Shown piece after piece: positions 52,701 through 63,720 of a DNA stretch of 64,000 bases. Origin of the DNA: Euglena gracilis (Eukaryota); assembly GCA_039621445.1 (NCBI GenBank), contig CP154954.1:32140012-32204011 (forward strand), read 5' to 3'. The notes under the pieces were generated by a model. That model was not told the origin of the DNA. It made no database searches and saw only the letters and a program-made list of their open reading frames with translations. How positions within the stretch are numbered: position 1 is the first letter of the stretch; each line of letters starts with the position of its first letter. The position numbers and the translations under genes are program-made.

Positions 52701-55700
52701 AATGGGGGTGCCGGTGGGCCAATACTGGCGACCCTGACAGCTTCAGGAGGAGGGGGACGCAATACTTCCCCAGACATGACAGTTGTTGTTGGGGGGGTTA
52801 TTGCCGAGAACCTTAGATGTGGTTCAATCCACGGCAAATCTGCAAGCAAATTTTACACGGCGCACGCAAATTCCACATTGAGAAAACAATCTAGAACTTC
52901 CACATTGAGTGCTGTGGAGGCCCCACCACCAAGGAAACACAACACTAGGGCCCACGCTGCTTTCTGTGGCCGACGCTGCAGGGGAGCTGCCCGCCAGGCT
53001 TCTTTTTAAGACCCCCCCCCCGGGGGCAGAGGTCCCCCCACTCACCCGGCCCAAGGCAGAACCTGCACTTCCAAGATCGGGCCGTCTGAAGGCATTTCCC
53101 AAAAAATTTTCGGCGCTTCACGCTGAAACCCATATCCCCCTGGGGGGGGTCTGGCCTGGAACCCACCCCCGGGGGAGGGGGGCTTCGAGTTGAACAGTAG
53201 CCTGGCGCCCGCCAGGCAGCAGCAGATGGTTCAGCACGAGGCATCCCTTGCTGAAGCCCAGCAAGACGAGGGGCAGGGGCGGCAGCGCGACGCCGTGCTG
53301 CCGGGCCAGCGCCCGCTGCACAGAGGCCATCAGAGCTGGGGGCAGGCCCCCCGGCCCCCGGCCCCCCCTCCCAGTTGCTGAGGCTTCTTGTCCGTCCATG
53401 GCCGGCGCCAAAAGCGGGGGGGCGGGGGGTGGGGGGCAACGCGGACTTTCGCAATATGCAATGCAAAAAAAAAGAATGCAAATTTGGGAACTTTCTGAAT
53501 CTGAAAATGCGCAATGTGCATTCAAAACTGACAAAAACCGAACAAAATTTGGCCACAGAAATAAAGACCAAACCCGAACCAAAAAGTCCACCATGAAATC
53601 TTCCAAATCGAAATAATATCACAGCAGAACTGAAAAATTTACCAGGAAAAACAAACTGAAAAAATGCAAAAAAAAACTCACCAGCACAAACAGAGCACAA
53701 AAAAAAACCAACCGCAATTATCAAGTGATTTCTTCCCCTTTGAGCATGTGGCTTCACAAAACATGATGTTTCTATAATTAGTTGGAACTCCAACCAGGGA
53801 GATGTATTTGGATGGGGGACTGAGTTGAAAAATCACAAACGGTAGAATTCCATTGACATTGAGGCAATTAAACAAAATCCGACTGTAAGTTGGTGCAAAA
53901 AAAACTTTTTCAACAGCAACCCACAAGAAGCCTGAAGCAACTGGCAACTATCATTTCCTGTCCTGAAATGCTCCATCATGGGGAGGGTTAAATTGATTTC
54001 TCCCACATGAAAATTGTATTTCTCCCACATGCCGAAAACCTGCTTGCGACTGCAAGTTCCTTTTTCCTGATGTCAGCGTTTCCTCACGTTAATGGAATCC
54101 AGTGGCTTTTCAGGGTTACCCCTAACAGGCATTCTCGCCATTTTGCAAATTCCAACGAAGACTCACTCCAGGTGGGGGGGGGGGAGGTGAATGAACTTTT
54201 ATGGGGTATGGGGTAGTTATGGGGTAGTTAGGGCTCAGTGTTGTCCGGTCGCTTTCGTTGCACCCATCAGCACTCCCCGAGGGGATGGCGGGGGGGCTGG
54301 GCTGCAGCTGGCAGCGGGTGGTCACTTCCCCCACCCCCTCGGGGCCAACCACGAGGGAGCCGTCCCCGTCCAGGGAGGACAGCAGGTTGGCATACACGCT
54401 GCGCCCGTCCGGGTGCTGGTATGCCTCAGGGCTCTGGGCCGGATGGCATGGTGTGATGGTGTGGGGGGGGGCACACTGTACGGTGTCTGGGGTTCTGTTC
54501 CAGCCGGGGCCGCATCGGTTGGGTTCCAATAACATCACCCAACTGTCACCCTATCATACCAAACCAATTATACCATACCCCTTCGTTGGCAGAAAAAATG
54601 AGCTGGTTTGGCAGCTGCTGTGGCCCGGAGTTGTGTCAGCATGGACCGGGAGTTGTGTGAAGTTGAAGGTGGGGGTGTCCCACCCAGCCGGGTCACAGGG
54701 TTGGCAAAAGGGGCGAGCAACAGCGCCCTGCCCGGCCGGCTGGATCAGGAAGAGGTTCGTATCAACGTGTTTCCCCTGCCGTTGCAGAAGAGCGACCCAT
54801 TTGGGAGGTATGGTTTGCATTTTGAGGGACACCTCCCTGGAATTAAATCATCAGCAAATATTTCTTAGATATAAATTGAGAAAATAAATCAATTTATGAT
54901 AAATTAACTTTAAAAAATGAAAACAATTTAATTTTTTTAAAAAATGCTCTGGGCACGCCATCGAAAGACTTTCAGCATGCTAGCTCAGACCAGAGTAGGT
55001 TGTTTCTGATCACCAATTCCACCTCCATTCAGAATTCATTTGCATTGTATTGGCAGTTGGCGTTTCTTGTGCGTTGTGATGGTGCCACAACTTTATCTTC
55101 ACCCTGTATCTACAATCATTTCAAACGACAACTTTGGGGGACATAAATACCATCAATTCCTTTGGGTCAAACATAATCATTTCAAAATAGAAGGCCGGGG
55201 AAGGGTTGCAGCAGGGGACAAGACAGGGAAACTGGCCTTCAGAAGGTCTAGCGTCCCCTCATATGCATACTCTGCAAACTGAGGGTACCAGAAGGGCTGA
55301 TTTCTTTGAAGGCATCTTAAAACCCTCAGAAAAAAACTCTTAAAAAACCTCAAAAAATCAACTTTTGGTCAAATAAAAAATCATTTTGGCAGAATTTTAT
55401 CTGACTGAGCAAATCTCGAAATCTCGGCAAAAACACGCCAACTTCAGAAAAGAGAATGATTTCTGGCATGCTTGTACATCGGCAATCCACCCAAAACTCG
55501 GAAATGCGTTTTTTTTTGGCTCTGTAATTTTCGACCCCCATTCGACTCTTGGACTGCTCTTGCACCGTCTTGAAAAACAGCAATTTGAGAAAAGCCTTAA
55601 AAAACTTAACAAAATGCTTCAAAAATTGCCTGTGGAATTTTGAAAATTGATTCTTTTGGCTTGAAAAATAGCCCTGGGCACCGGCCGGTCAGCATGGCCG

Positions 55701-56360
55701 CACGCTCTGCCTGTACATCCCCCGGGAAGAAGAGGAGGGTCTGGCGGGCGGTGGGGGTGCACACCGTGTAGACGTCCCGGAGGGGCCGCCATTCCTTTGA
55801 CTGTGGCCTGGAGGGAGGCCCCAGAAGGCCAGGTGGCACACTGCTCGCCACGTCACACCGCTCACCATCCCAGCCATGCCAGCTCAGATGGAAACACCTG
55901 CAATGCTTCGCTGAGGCAGCAAATTTCCCGTAACAGGGAAATGGCCAGTGATCACACTTATCTTTATCTCGTTGAAACAGAATGGCTCCTGTCGTTGAAA
56001 CAGAATCGCTCCCGTCAGCTGACCGAAATGTCGCAAAGAAAATGGGCTTCTTATGTGCATGATCTTCACAATTTTTTCCCCTTGATGCAGAACCTCTCCC
56101 CAAAACAAGCCCATTGTGTTCTGTGAGGGTAAATGACAAAAATACTGCAAAAACAAAATACCACCACTAAAACCGGTACTATTAATATTGTTGTCACTGG
56201 GTTTGGCCATCGCCTTTCTCTATCGTTCCAGTCTTCTATTCCAGTGGGTCCTCTGGGAGATGGCACCAGAGGGGGGATTTCCAGCAGAAGCAAGGGAAAA
56301 GAGGACCCCGGCGTTGCAGTGCAGCTTGCTGCGCCCCACCACCCCGCGCAGCACTAACAT
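49222..56360 (-). CDS. C2orf69: C2orf69/UPF0565-family protein gene (multi-exon, non-conventional introns)
   Basis: Family motifs recognised in the correct order on the minus strand: MLVLRGVVG..CN/DVY (56313-56360, 55680-55776 with LLFFPGDVQ), YPQFAEYAYEGTLDLLKASFP (55225-55286), DTNLFLIQPA (54734-54763), YQHPDGRSVYANLL (54303-54421), LVLLGFSKGCLVLNHLL (53208-53337), QLPCSVG (~52970-52989), RRLIWVDAGNS (~51924-52135), IEIHSTPYMV (50080-50153), VELEQF..YHFAGRRPSLEDHFAVLRHVR* (49222-49358). These match my recollection of the human C2orf69 motifs YFPGDVQ, GFSKGCVVLNQ, WLDGGHS, HVTPYQ and SIENHF. Exon structure between 52135 and 52970 is unresolved. Confidence 0.9.
49451..49770. repeat. Compound (AAT)n-(AAC)n microsatellite in the last C2orf69-like intron
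   Basis: Directly visible. Confidence 0.97.
50080..50153 (-). CDS. C2orf69: C2orf69-like penultimate exon (HSTPY motif)
   Basis: CIEIHSTPYMVQLRPRL; there is a 1-nt phase discrepancy at its 5' part (see findings). Confidence 0.75.
50622..51033. mobile_element. TA-flanked MITE of the same family, inside a C2orf69-like intron
   Basis: TA|CCCTCCCCTCCCTTGTC...GACAAGGGG...GAGGG|TA; CTGCAACCTG repeats shared with ~9180-9430. Confidence 0.75.
51318..51795. mobile_element. MITE with GGGGGTCTTATTTT subterminal repeats
   Basis: CCCCCCAAATAAGCCCC at left, inverted GGGGGTCTTATTTT repeats at 51660-51795; similar ends at ~63920-63990. Confidence 0.55.
51924..52135 (-). CDS. C2orf69: C2orf69-like internal exon (WVDAGNS motif); 5' boundary approximate
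   Basis: ...PEEAVDDPRDGAPAPDSPFALRLVRRLIWVDAGNSNLPGAYPGPWPAAVQ; followed by gccCAGG. Confidence 0.75.
52995..53204. mobile_element. hAT-like MITE that constitutes intron 6 of the C2orf69-like gene
   Basis: TIRs CAGGCTTCTTTTTAA / TTGAACAGTAGCCTG; TSD ctgcccgc/gcgcccgc; interior co-linear with 39630-39881. Confidence 0.88.
53208..53337 (-). CDS. C2orf69: C2orf69-like exon 6 (GFSKG nucleophile-elbow-like motif)
   Basis: ALMASVQRALARQHGVALPPLPLVLLGFSKGCLVLNHLLLPGG. Confidence 0.9.
54303..54421 (-). CDS. C2orf69: C2orf69-like exon 5
   Basis: YQHPDGRSVYANLLSSLDGDGSLVVGPEGVGEVTTRCQLQ; flanked by CTG(-8..-6) and CAG(+4..+6). Confidence 0.8.
54734..54763 (-). CDS. C2orf69: C2orf69-like exon 4 (30 nt)
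   Basis: DTNLFLIQPA; the next intron is gggCAGGGC...GCCCTGaggca. Confidence 0.8.
55225..55286 (-). CDS. C2orf69: C2orf69-like exon 3
   Basis: YPQFAEYAYEGTLDLLKASFP; phases match both neighbouring exons. Confidence 0.8.
55680..55776 (-). CDS. C2orf69: C2orf69-like exon 2 (FFPGDVQ motif)
   Basis: DVYTVCTPTARQTLLFFPGDVQAERAAMLTGR; followed by intron start gccCAGGGCT. Confidence 0.85.
56313..56360 (-). CDS. C2orf69: C2orf69-like exon 1 (MLVLRGVVGRSKLHCN)
   Basis: ATG at 56360, 8 nt downstream of a TAG (possible trans-splice acceptor). Joins in frame to DVYTV. Intron ends pair (+4 GGGGTC with GGCCCC ending at -6). Confidence 0.65.
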
Positions 56361-57924
56361 GGGGTGGGCTACAGTGGAACCTGGGCAGAAGGTGGGATGG
56401 AAACATGAATTAACACATTGACAGTGCCGTGACCATTGGCCGTGTGTGTGTATGTTTGTATGTATGCATGTATTCATGCATGTATGCATGCATGCATGCA
56501 TACGTGTGAGTGTGTCTTAGACGGCCGTAAAGGCACTTAAGGGGTTTTGGGCCCAAAAACCGGATCGTCCGCGGTTTTGGGACCGGTCTTGCTGACGGAC
56601 ACGGTCACAATCTGCCTGCGCCCTGGGTGAGGGTCGCGCGTGCGCAGGTGCGACCGGGAAGGCACCTGCGATTGTTGTTTAAAATACTGAAGTGAAAAGT
56701 CCCCCCGACAGAGCTGCACCGCCTCCCCATCCGCAGCCCTCACAATGGCCGGTGCCCTGCTGCCCCTGTAGCGCGGCCGTGACCGCGCAGTCGGCCATCT
56801 GTGCGAGACGGGCTCTGTCAACTGTTTGGGATACTGGGTCCGATGTGGGTGGGGCGTCAGGTTGTCACCGGTGTGCAGGGCGCCGCAACCCGTAGACCGG
56901 AAACCCCTGGCAGACGTGTGAATGTGCAGTGTTCTGCGTGAATACAGCGTGGGTGGCTGTGCACATCTCGGGCGGTACATGTCAGGCGGACAGTGCTTAA
57001 GCAATGTGTAGGGGGAGTTCCTTCGGGACGGCGAAAATGCGTCCGACCAGCGCCCAGCGGGCACCAGCAGCCTCAACGACAGGAGTCCCCGGATCAACAG
57101 ACACACGCAGTGCATCCCACCTGGTTCCAAACGTGCGGGTGGGTGAGGGCAGACAACGATCGTCCCTCATGTGCAGGTGCGCTCCAATTTGGTGAAAATT
57201 GAAAATTTGAAAACTCAGTCGCAGGTGCGCCTGAGGGAACTGTGCACGGTGGCCATTGGTGTGAGCGAACCGGGTTGTATCGTACCGGAAGCAGCTTAGA
57301 ACGGGACAAGGTGAGGATGATACTTCCGGTCAACCGCCTGGCCCCCCCCGCCGGAATTCGGGACCCATGAAAGCACTCCAAACTGTTACGACAAACGCAG
57401 AGCCACGGGCCGTTGTTAGGTCATATCGCTGACGTGACGAGTGAACACTGCACTCCGAAACGAGAGAATGACACGTCCGCGGTGCGCAGCTGCGCCAGGG
57501 CATACATTCTGTGTTCCGTTTGTACTGTGTACTCTGAACTCAGAACCAGGCGCACCTGCGCTTGGTTCCCGTGCTGCGTGCCTGAGTGTAAAACGGTGCG
57601 CGCATGCGCACGCATGCCGTGTGTGAGGGTTCCACTGTCCGTGTGAGAAACACAAACCACACATACAACAGCGTTTGTTATGTGCACTCAGTCCCGTGCG
57701 CACCTGCGCCTGGATCTCATTTGTTTTTTTAAAATAAGACGGTGCCAAGCGCACATGCGCACGGACAGCCAGGGTGACTGGTGCAAAGGTCCGCAGAAAG
57801 GGTCACAGCGGTGGCCAGTGAAGACACCCGCGGATCGGTTGGGGTGGGAGAATTGAGTTACCAAGGGTCAGTGTTGGTGTGCCACGGTGACGGAAACCAG
57901 TGACAGAGCTCGCCTCGGCCCTAA

Positions 57925-60500
57925 GTGTGGTCAGGCGCCGCTGCGCAGCGCCTCCTCGTCCCCGTCCCCGTTGCTGCGGCCGCCCCCGCCCTCGCTGCTG
58001 ATGTCGAGCTCCACCCCACCGGGCCGCGGCATCCGGCAGCGTGGGACGTAGCAGTACAGCGATGCACAGCGGCGGGCGGCGGACTCTGGCAAGGTGTTGG
58101 GCGAGCTGGCAGCGTTGCACCTGGCCCGGACCTTCGACGAGTTCGTCCGGGGCGTGTTGGCCCCGCCGGAGTACCACCTGCTGCCATTCGTCACGCACGT
58201 GGCGCACATGCGCCGGCCGCTGCGGACGCGGGGCCACGGCACGCTGCTGGAGGAGCTGCAGTGGAACCCTCAGCGACGGAGTACTACCAGACTGCTGCAG
58301 AACGCCTGGGCGTACTACCGCATCGCCCGGGACGCGGCGTGCCCGCGGCAGGACCAGCCCCACGTGCCCGCCGGCGACATGCCGATGGGGTGGACGCGGG
58401 CGGTGTCCCGCTACCTCCGGTCCGCCGGCATCCCCCCCGAGGCGCCGCTGTGGGACGTGTCGGTGCGGCGGGAGCTGGCGGCCCAGCGGCTGCGGCATGT
58501 GGGCGGACATGGAGGGGGCGCACGTGGTTGTCTGGTTTGACAACCTGTACCGCCAGCGGTACGTGACCACCCCGCGGGTGCCCCACGCGTCCCTGAATGG
58601 CACCATCATGGCCGTGATGCGCCGCACGGACCCCGCCGCCGCGCGCCGGGAGCCCGTCCCGGCCCTGCCCGCCGTGCGCGTGCTGCTGGCCGACGCCCCG
58701 GCGCAGCGGGGCTCGTGCCGGTGGTGGAGCGAGTCCCTGGCGGCCTTCGCCCGCAGCCCGCTGGTGGACCTCATCGCGCTCTGCCGCGGCCCGCTGGAGG
58801 AGGAGCAGTTCCGGGTGCCCCTCGACGTGCCCCGCAAAAACGCCTGGTCCCCGGTCTGGCGACCGTTCAACCTGTGCGAGACGGTGGTTGGCGCACAGGT
58901 GGGCCTTCTGCATACCCTCCGCTTCCTCGAGGAGAACGTGCTCCCGCAGGTGGCCGGCCCCGTCCTTGTCCTGGCGGACGAGAACATCTGGTACCGCGTC
59001 GCGCGGCTGCGGTACGGCCAGCTCTCCGCCACCTGCTGGGACCTGGCCACCACGTTCGACCGGCTGCCTCTGCTGTACGGCGTCTGGCACCCGTACAAGC
59101 AGCTGCTGCACGCCCTGCACCGCCGCTTCCTGCCGTTCTACCTGTTCCTGAAGAACGGCACGCTGGAGGTGACGGGGCTGCTGGTGGGCGAGGAAGAGCG
59201 GGCGCAGCTGCGCGCGTGGCAGGAACGGTTGGCGGTGCGGGTGGGGCGGGTGGAGGCGGAGGTGCGGCCCGGGTGGAGGCCCTGCGGTCCGAGCGTGCGC
59301 AGGTGCGCCCGGGGACAACGGCGGTGCAGGATGCGTCCGGCTTTGTGGGGCCCCTGCAGGTAGCGGGAGCGTCCGGGCAGGCGGCGGAGGAGGAGCTGCG
59401 GCAGGGGTGCCTGGCGCTGCAGCGGCTGTGGACGGAGGCGACGGTGGTGGACGGCTGGCGGGACCTGGTGGAAGTGTGGGCCCCGGCCGCCCTGGTGTTG
59501 GGCTGGATGGTGCGGTCCTGCAGCTGGGACGGACGTGGCGCGGGCAGCGGTTGGCAGGCCCGTGAGGTGCTGCAGACGGCCCTGCTCCTGCTGGTGCACC
59601 TTGAGGTGGACCTGCCGTCGGCGGCCCCGCCGGCCCACGCCCCCTGGGCCAGCGGCCACCCCCCGCCCGAGGCCGCCGCGGCCTTGCTGGCGGAGCTGCG
59701 GGCCGCGGAGCGCGGCCACCCGCCGCGGGCCCGGTCCTCCTCGGAGTACGAGCGGACGGTGTCCTGCGCGCTGCTGCTCTGGACGGAGTGGCACGACCGC
59801 CTGCCGGCGTGCTGCTACTCCGAGGAGCTGAACGAGGCCGCCATCAGCCGCCTCGGGAAGGCCCTGAAGCAGCACCTGCAGTCGCAGTCCTTCGACGAGG
59901 CGATGGACCTCTACATCGCCGTGCGACCGGGCACCCCGGGGGCCAGGCGCATCGGCGCCGGCGGCGTGGGGCGGGAGTGGGTGGCGCAGTCCACGGCGCG
60001 GCTCCGGAAGCTGCTGCGACGCGCCGCGGCGGAGCGCACCTGCGCCCGGCGGAGCAGTCGCAACGTCCGCAGCCGCGGCGGATCGGGACGGTCGCGGTCG
60101 GCCACCGGCGTCCGGCGCCGCTCAGCCCGCCGCGCCGGCGGGGTCCACCGCTGCGGCGGGCTTGGCGGCGCCGGAGCTGGCCACCAAGGTGGTCACGTAC
60201 GTGGAGCGGCGCGGGGCGAAGGAGTGCATGGCGTAGGCCGCGTGGCCTTCCTGGTGGCGCGCACCGCGGTACGCCCGCCGCGCGCCCCCGCCCGCCGACG
60301 ACCTGGCCGACGTGCTGCGCTGCAGCCTGCTCCTGATGCTGCGCGACGAGGAGCCCTCGGCCGACGCGGCGGCGGAGCTGGACCTGCTGGCGGCCCGGCA
60401 GCCGGAGATCACCGCCGCGGCGCTGCGGGCGGAGTACGCCGGCGTCCCAGTGCTGGAGCGCGCCCCCAAGACCCGGGCCGCGGGCCAGCCCCCGGCCCAA
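57925..60500 (+). pseudogene. Frameshifted, intronless DDE-type transposase-like ORF (DUF6589 / Transib-RAG1-like motif order)
   Basis: Overlapping GC-rich ORF segments (58094-58540, 58041-59363, 58715-60751, 60312-60662) give VVVWFDN ... VLVLADENIW ... LYGVWHPYK ... YSEELNEAA, a D...D...H...E order typical of RNase H-fold transposases. Several frameshifts. Family assignment is inference. Confidence 0.6.
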
Positions 60501-62279
60501 CCAGTCCCGCCCGCGGCCGGCAGGCGTCCCCGGCCGTACTGGTGTGGACCCAGGGGCCGACTGTTTGCCGGTTTGGAGTGTCGGCGTCAGCAGAAAGCTG
60601 GTGCCCGCTGGGTTGTTGTTTGGGTTGCACGCGCTCGGTACTTCACGTCCCTTCCGGGGTGACCGTCAAGCGCACGCTTTGGTTTCGAATGCATCCTCCA
60701 TGGGTTTTAAAGAATTCATGCGCACCTGCGCATGCTCCCCCCCCTGGTTAGTTGTGCGGGTCCCACCCCCCATCGCAGCCGGTAATCCAGGACCGGTGAA
60801 CGTATGACCTCGGTGGGCGGGTGTGTCGCAACCGCCCCCTGGGTTGTCCCTCCATCGCAGCTGCGCACGCCGGGCGCGTAACCCCTCCCGCCGCTGCCCG
60901 CCCCTCCTCCTTTCGTTGGCTGTGTCCACTCCGGCACCCAACCACCGCCGTCGTGCCCCGGAGACCGAAACCGGCCGCCGTTGGCGGTGCGGATAAAACT
61001 AGTGGTGGACCCACTTTTATTCAAGAAGCACTTTGTTTCTGAATGCTGTTTTTATAAATAATTGCAACACGATTTACTTCATCGGACAACATAACAAACA
61101 GAACATCATGGCATGGTCTTTGTCCTTCCACTTCCTCATTTTCAAAGACGATGCACCCCTTTCCATATTTTTCTTGTAAAGGGGGGGGCAAAATTATTTG
61201 GACAGATCTTTTTCGGCCATCCCCCCTGTTCTTTGATTTGCATTCACTGATGATGCGCTTGCTAGTTTCTCTCTGGGATGGAAAATGCATATGACACTGG
61301 GAAATAATGCATTTGCATCGGTGCGGTGGGTGAGGTGGTGGGTGGAGAGCAGAAAAGGTCAGGGGATCAGGAGGCGGGCTGACATGCATATTGCACAGAA
61401 TATTACAACAGTTAGGGAAAACCAGACCGACTTCGAAAACAAACAAAACGACACAGACATCATGGCGTTCAAGGTCAGTGGTGCAGCGATGGAGTTAAAA
61501 AATGAAACGTTGAGCAGTGTCCATGTCAGGATAACTTCGGCGGGGTGTGAACAGCGCTCTGTAAATGATCGCATTTACCCTGCCCCCTGCACCTGGGGGT
61601 GACCGATGAACACCAAAAAAAAAACCCCGGGGACGAAACAAACACAAGGACAATGTGAAAGACCAACCCCCCCCCCCCCACGAGGGCTGGTTCAGAAATC
61701 CACCCCTTGCCATTCGTGACTTCATAACGAGACGTTGTCGATGGAAGGGGCTCAGGAAATGTGGATTGGGGGGGAACCTTCAGCCAGAAACGCCCCCCCC
61801 CCCCCCAGGGTATCCGGCGCCAGCCACCCACCACGCCGGGGGGGGGGGGTCAGCACTCACAACACAAACTGGGCTAAACGCGAAGTTAGCGCCGGCCATA
61901 AACGGACAAGAAGCCGTAGTGCAACTCAGGGGGGTGATCAGCGGCGGGCCTGGGGGGGCCGCAGGGCGGGACGCTGGGCCGGGGCCTCCCCCGCCGCGGC
62001 GCCGACCAGCCGCCGAAGGACGGCGCTGCCCTTTTTTGGGGGTCAGGGGGGGGGGGCAACTTTTGGAAGTTCCACCTGTGCACCAGTGGTGTCTGATGGC
62101 TTTGGGGGACACCCATTGCTGCCTGGCCTGACTGTCACGTGCGAAGGTGGCTGTCCTTCTCGGGGGGGGCATTTTATGACTGTTCTCAAAGCCCCTGGGG
62201 TTCCTCCACGGAACCTCAGCTTGGGGTGTAGGTTGGAATATCCCCAAAGGGTGCCTTGCAGAACCACATGGGGCGTCCG

Positions 62280-63720
62280 GGAAGGACGGGAAGAGCAGCG
62301 CCCGCCGAGACATGAGGCCCAGCCCGCCGGGGTCCTCCAGCGGAGTGGGCTTGCTGGGGTCTGGCCGGGTCTGGGCCATAGCATTGCTTAATAACCAGCC
62401 TGGGGGGGTGGGCAGGGGAGGTTTATTCACCAGCCCACTTTCAACCCCCCCGGGTGGGGACTGGGGGATCACTCCAGCCACTCAAGACAAACTGGTTCAA
62501 AACCTCACGCTGATCAACGTCAAAAAAGCTTTCATTTACATCGCGGGGCACTTGCGGCCGACCCCACCCACTCCGAGGGGTCCGGGGCCCAAAAACCAGT
62601 CAGCCATCCCCTTGGGGGGGTCCAGCGCATCCCGAGCAATGCAGTGGTCCGGGCCGCGGCCTGGGCCGCCCCAACGGGCCGCTGGGCCGGGGGTGGCTGG
62701 GTCGACGGGGGCGGGGGGTCCGGCTGGTGGACGCCGTGGAGGCGGCGGGAGGCGAGCCCGAGGCCGAGGCCCGGGTCGGCCGGTGTGGCGCTGCCCGGGG
62801 CGGGGCGGGCCAGCGGGGCGACGGCGGAGGCGCGGCCGGGGCCGGCGGGGGCCGGGGCGGGGCGGGGCTGGGGAGGGGGGGCGGCGGAGGGGGACGGGGG
62901 GAGGGGCCGGCCGGCCAGGCTGGCGGAGAGGTCGGGGGCCGGGGCGGCTGACGTGCGGTGTGGCCCCAAAGTGCCCCGGGCATACACGTGGGTCTGTTTG
63001 CTGGGGGGGCATCCATGGGTAGAGAGGAGGGAGGGGAATACATGGGGGGGGGCTGGTGCACACGACAGGGTTCTACGGGGATGTACTACTACTATGTCCG
63101 CAGCGGCCGGGACAAAGAGGAAACAAAGGGCCGACATGAAGTTTCGCAGGAAAGCAGGGTCTTTCATCCTTCGGGGGCTGCCTGTCTGAATCAATTCCAC
63201 CCACCCCAGTAATCCCCCCAGTGGGGGATGGTGGTGTGTGCTTTGCCTTTTGGCCACAACAAGGATGGATATTGGATATCGGCCCATATCGGGTTTATCG
63301 AAAACCTTGAATTTATGGGGTCCCAAAAAAATATCGTGAAATATCGGCTTTTATTGGGGGGGGGGGCAACGTACTTTTTTGTTCTCTCTTTTTTTGGGGC
63401 GACTTTGGGATTCTCCAAATCACAAAAATGAGGATATCGGGGCACAAAATGATCATATCGGTTTTATCAACCTTTATCGACGATATCGGGGCTTCAATCC
63501 ATCCAAATTTATCGCGACCTCCAAAAACCAATATCAATATCCATCCTTGGCTACGATAGTTTGCTGCTGCCAAAGCACAGTGACACAGAGCAGCCCCGGA
63601 GAAGAGCTGACAGGTGGACGGTTGGGCAGGGGGGCGAGGGCGGTGGACTTAGCTGGTGCACGCATAGGAGATGGCATCGAGGGGATGGGAGGGGGACCGC
63701 CTTGAAGACATGGGGTGAAA
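62280..63720 (-). CDS. Exon-like fragments of a further unidentified gene
   Basis: GC-rich, protein-like stretches such as MKDPAFLRNFMSALCFLFVPAAADIVVVHP (~63080-63170) and a Pro/Ala-rich stretch at 62640-62950; not assembled. Confidence 0.3.

Noticed and set aside
57803-60500. Long minus-strand ORFs (431, 344, 245, 218 aa)
   Set aside because: Antisense shadows of the GC-rich plus-strand transposase-like sequence.
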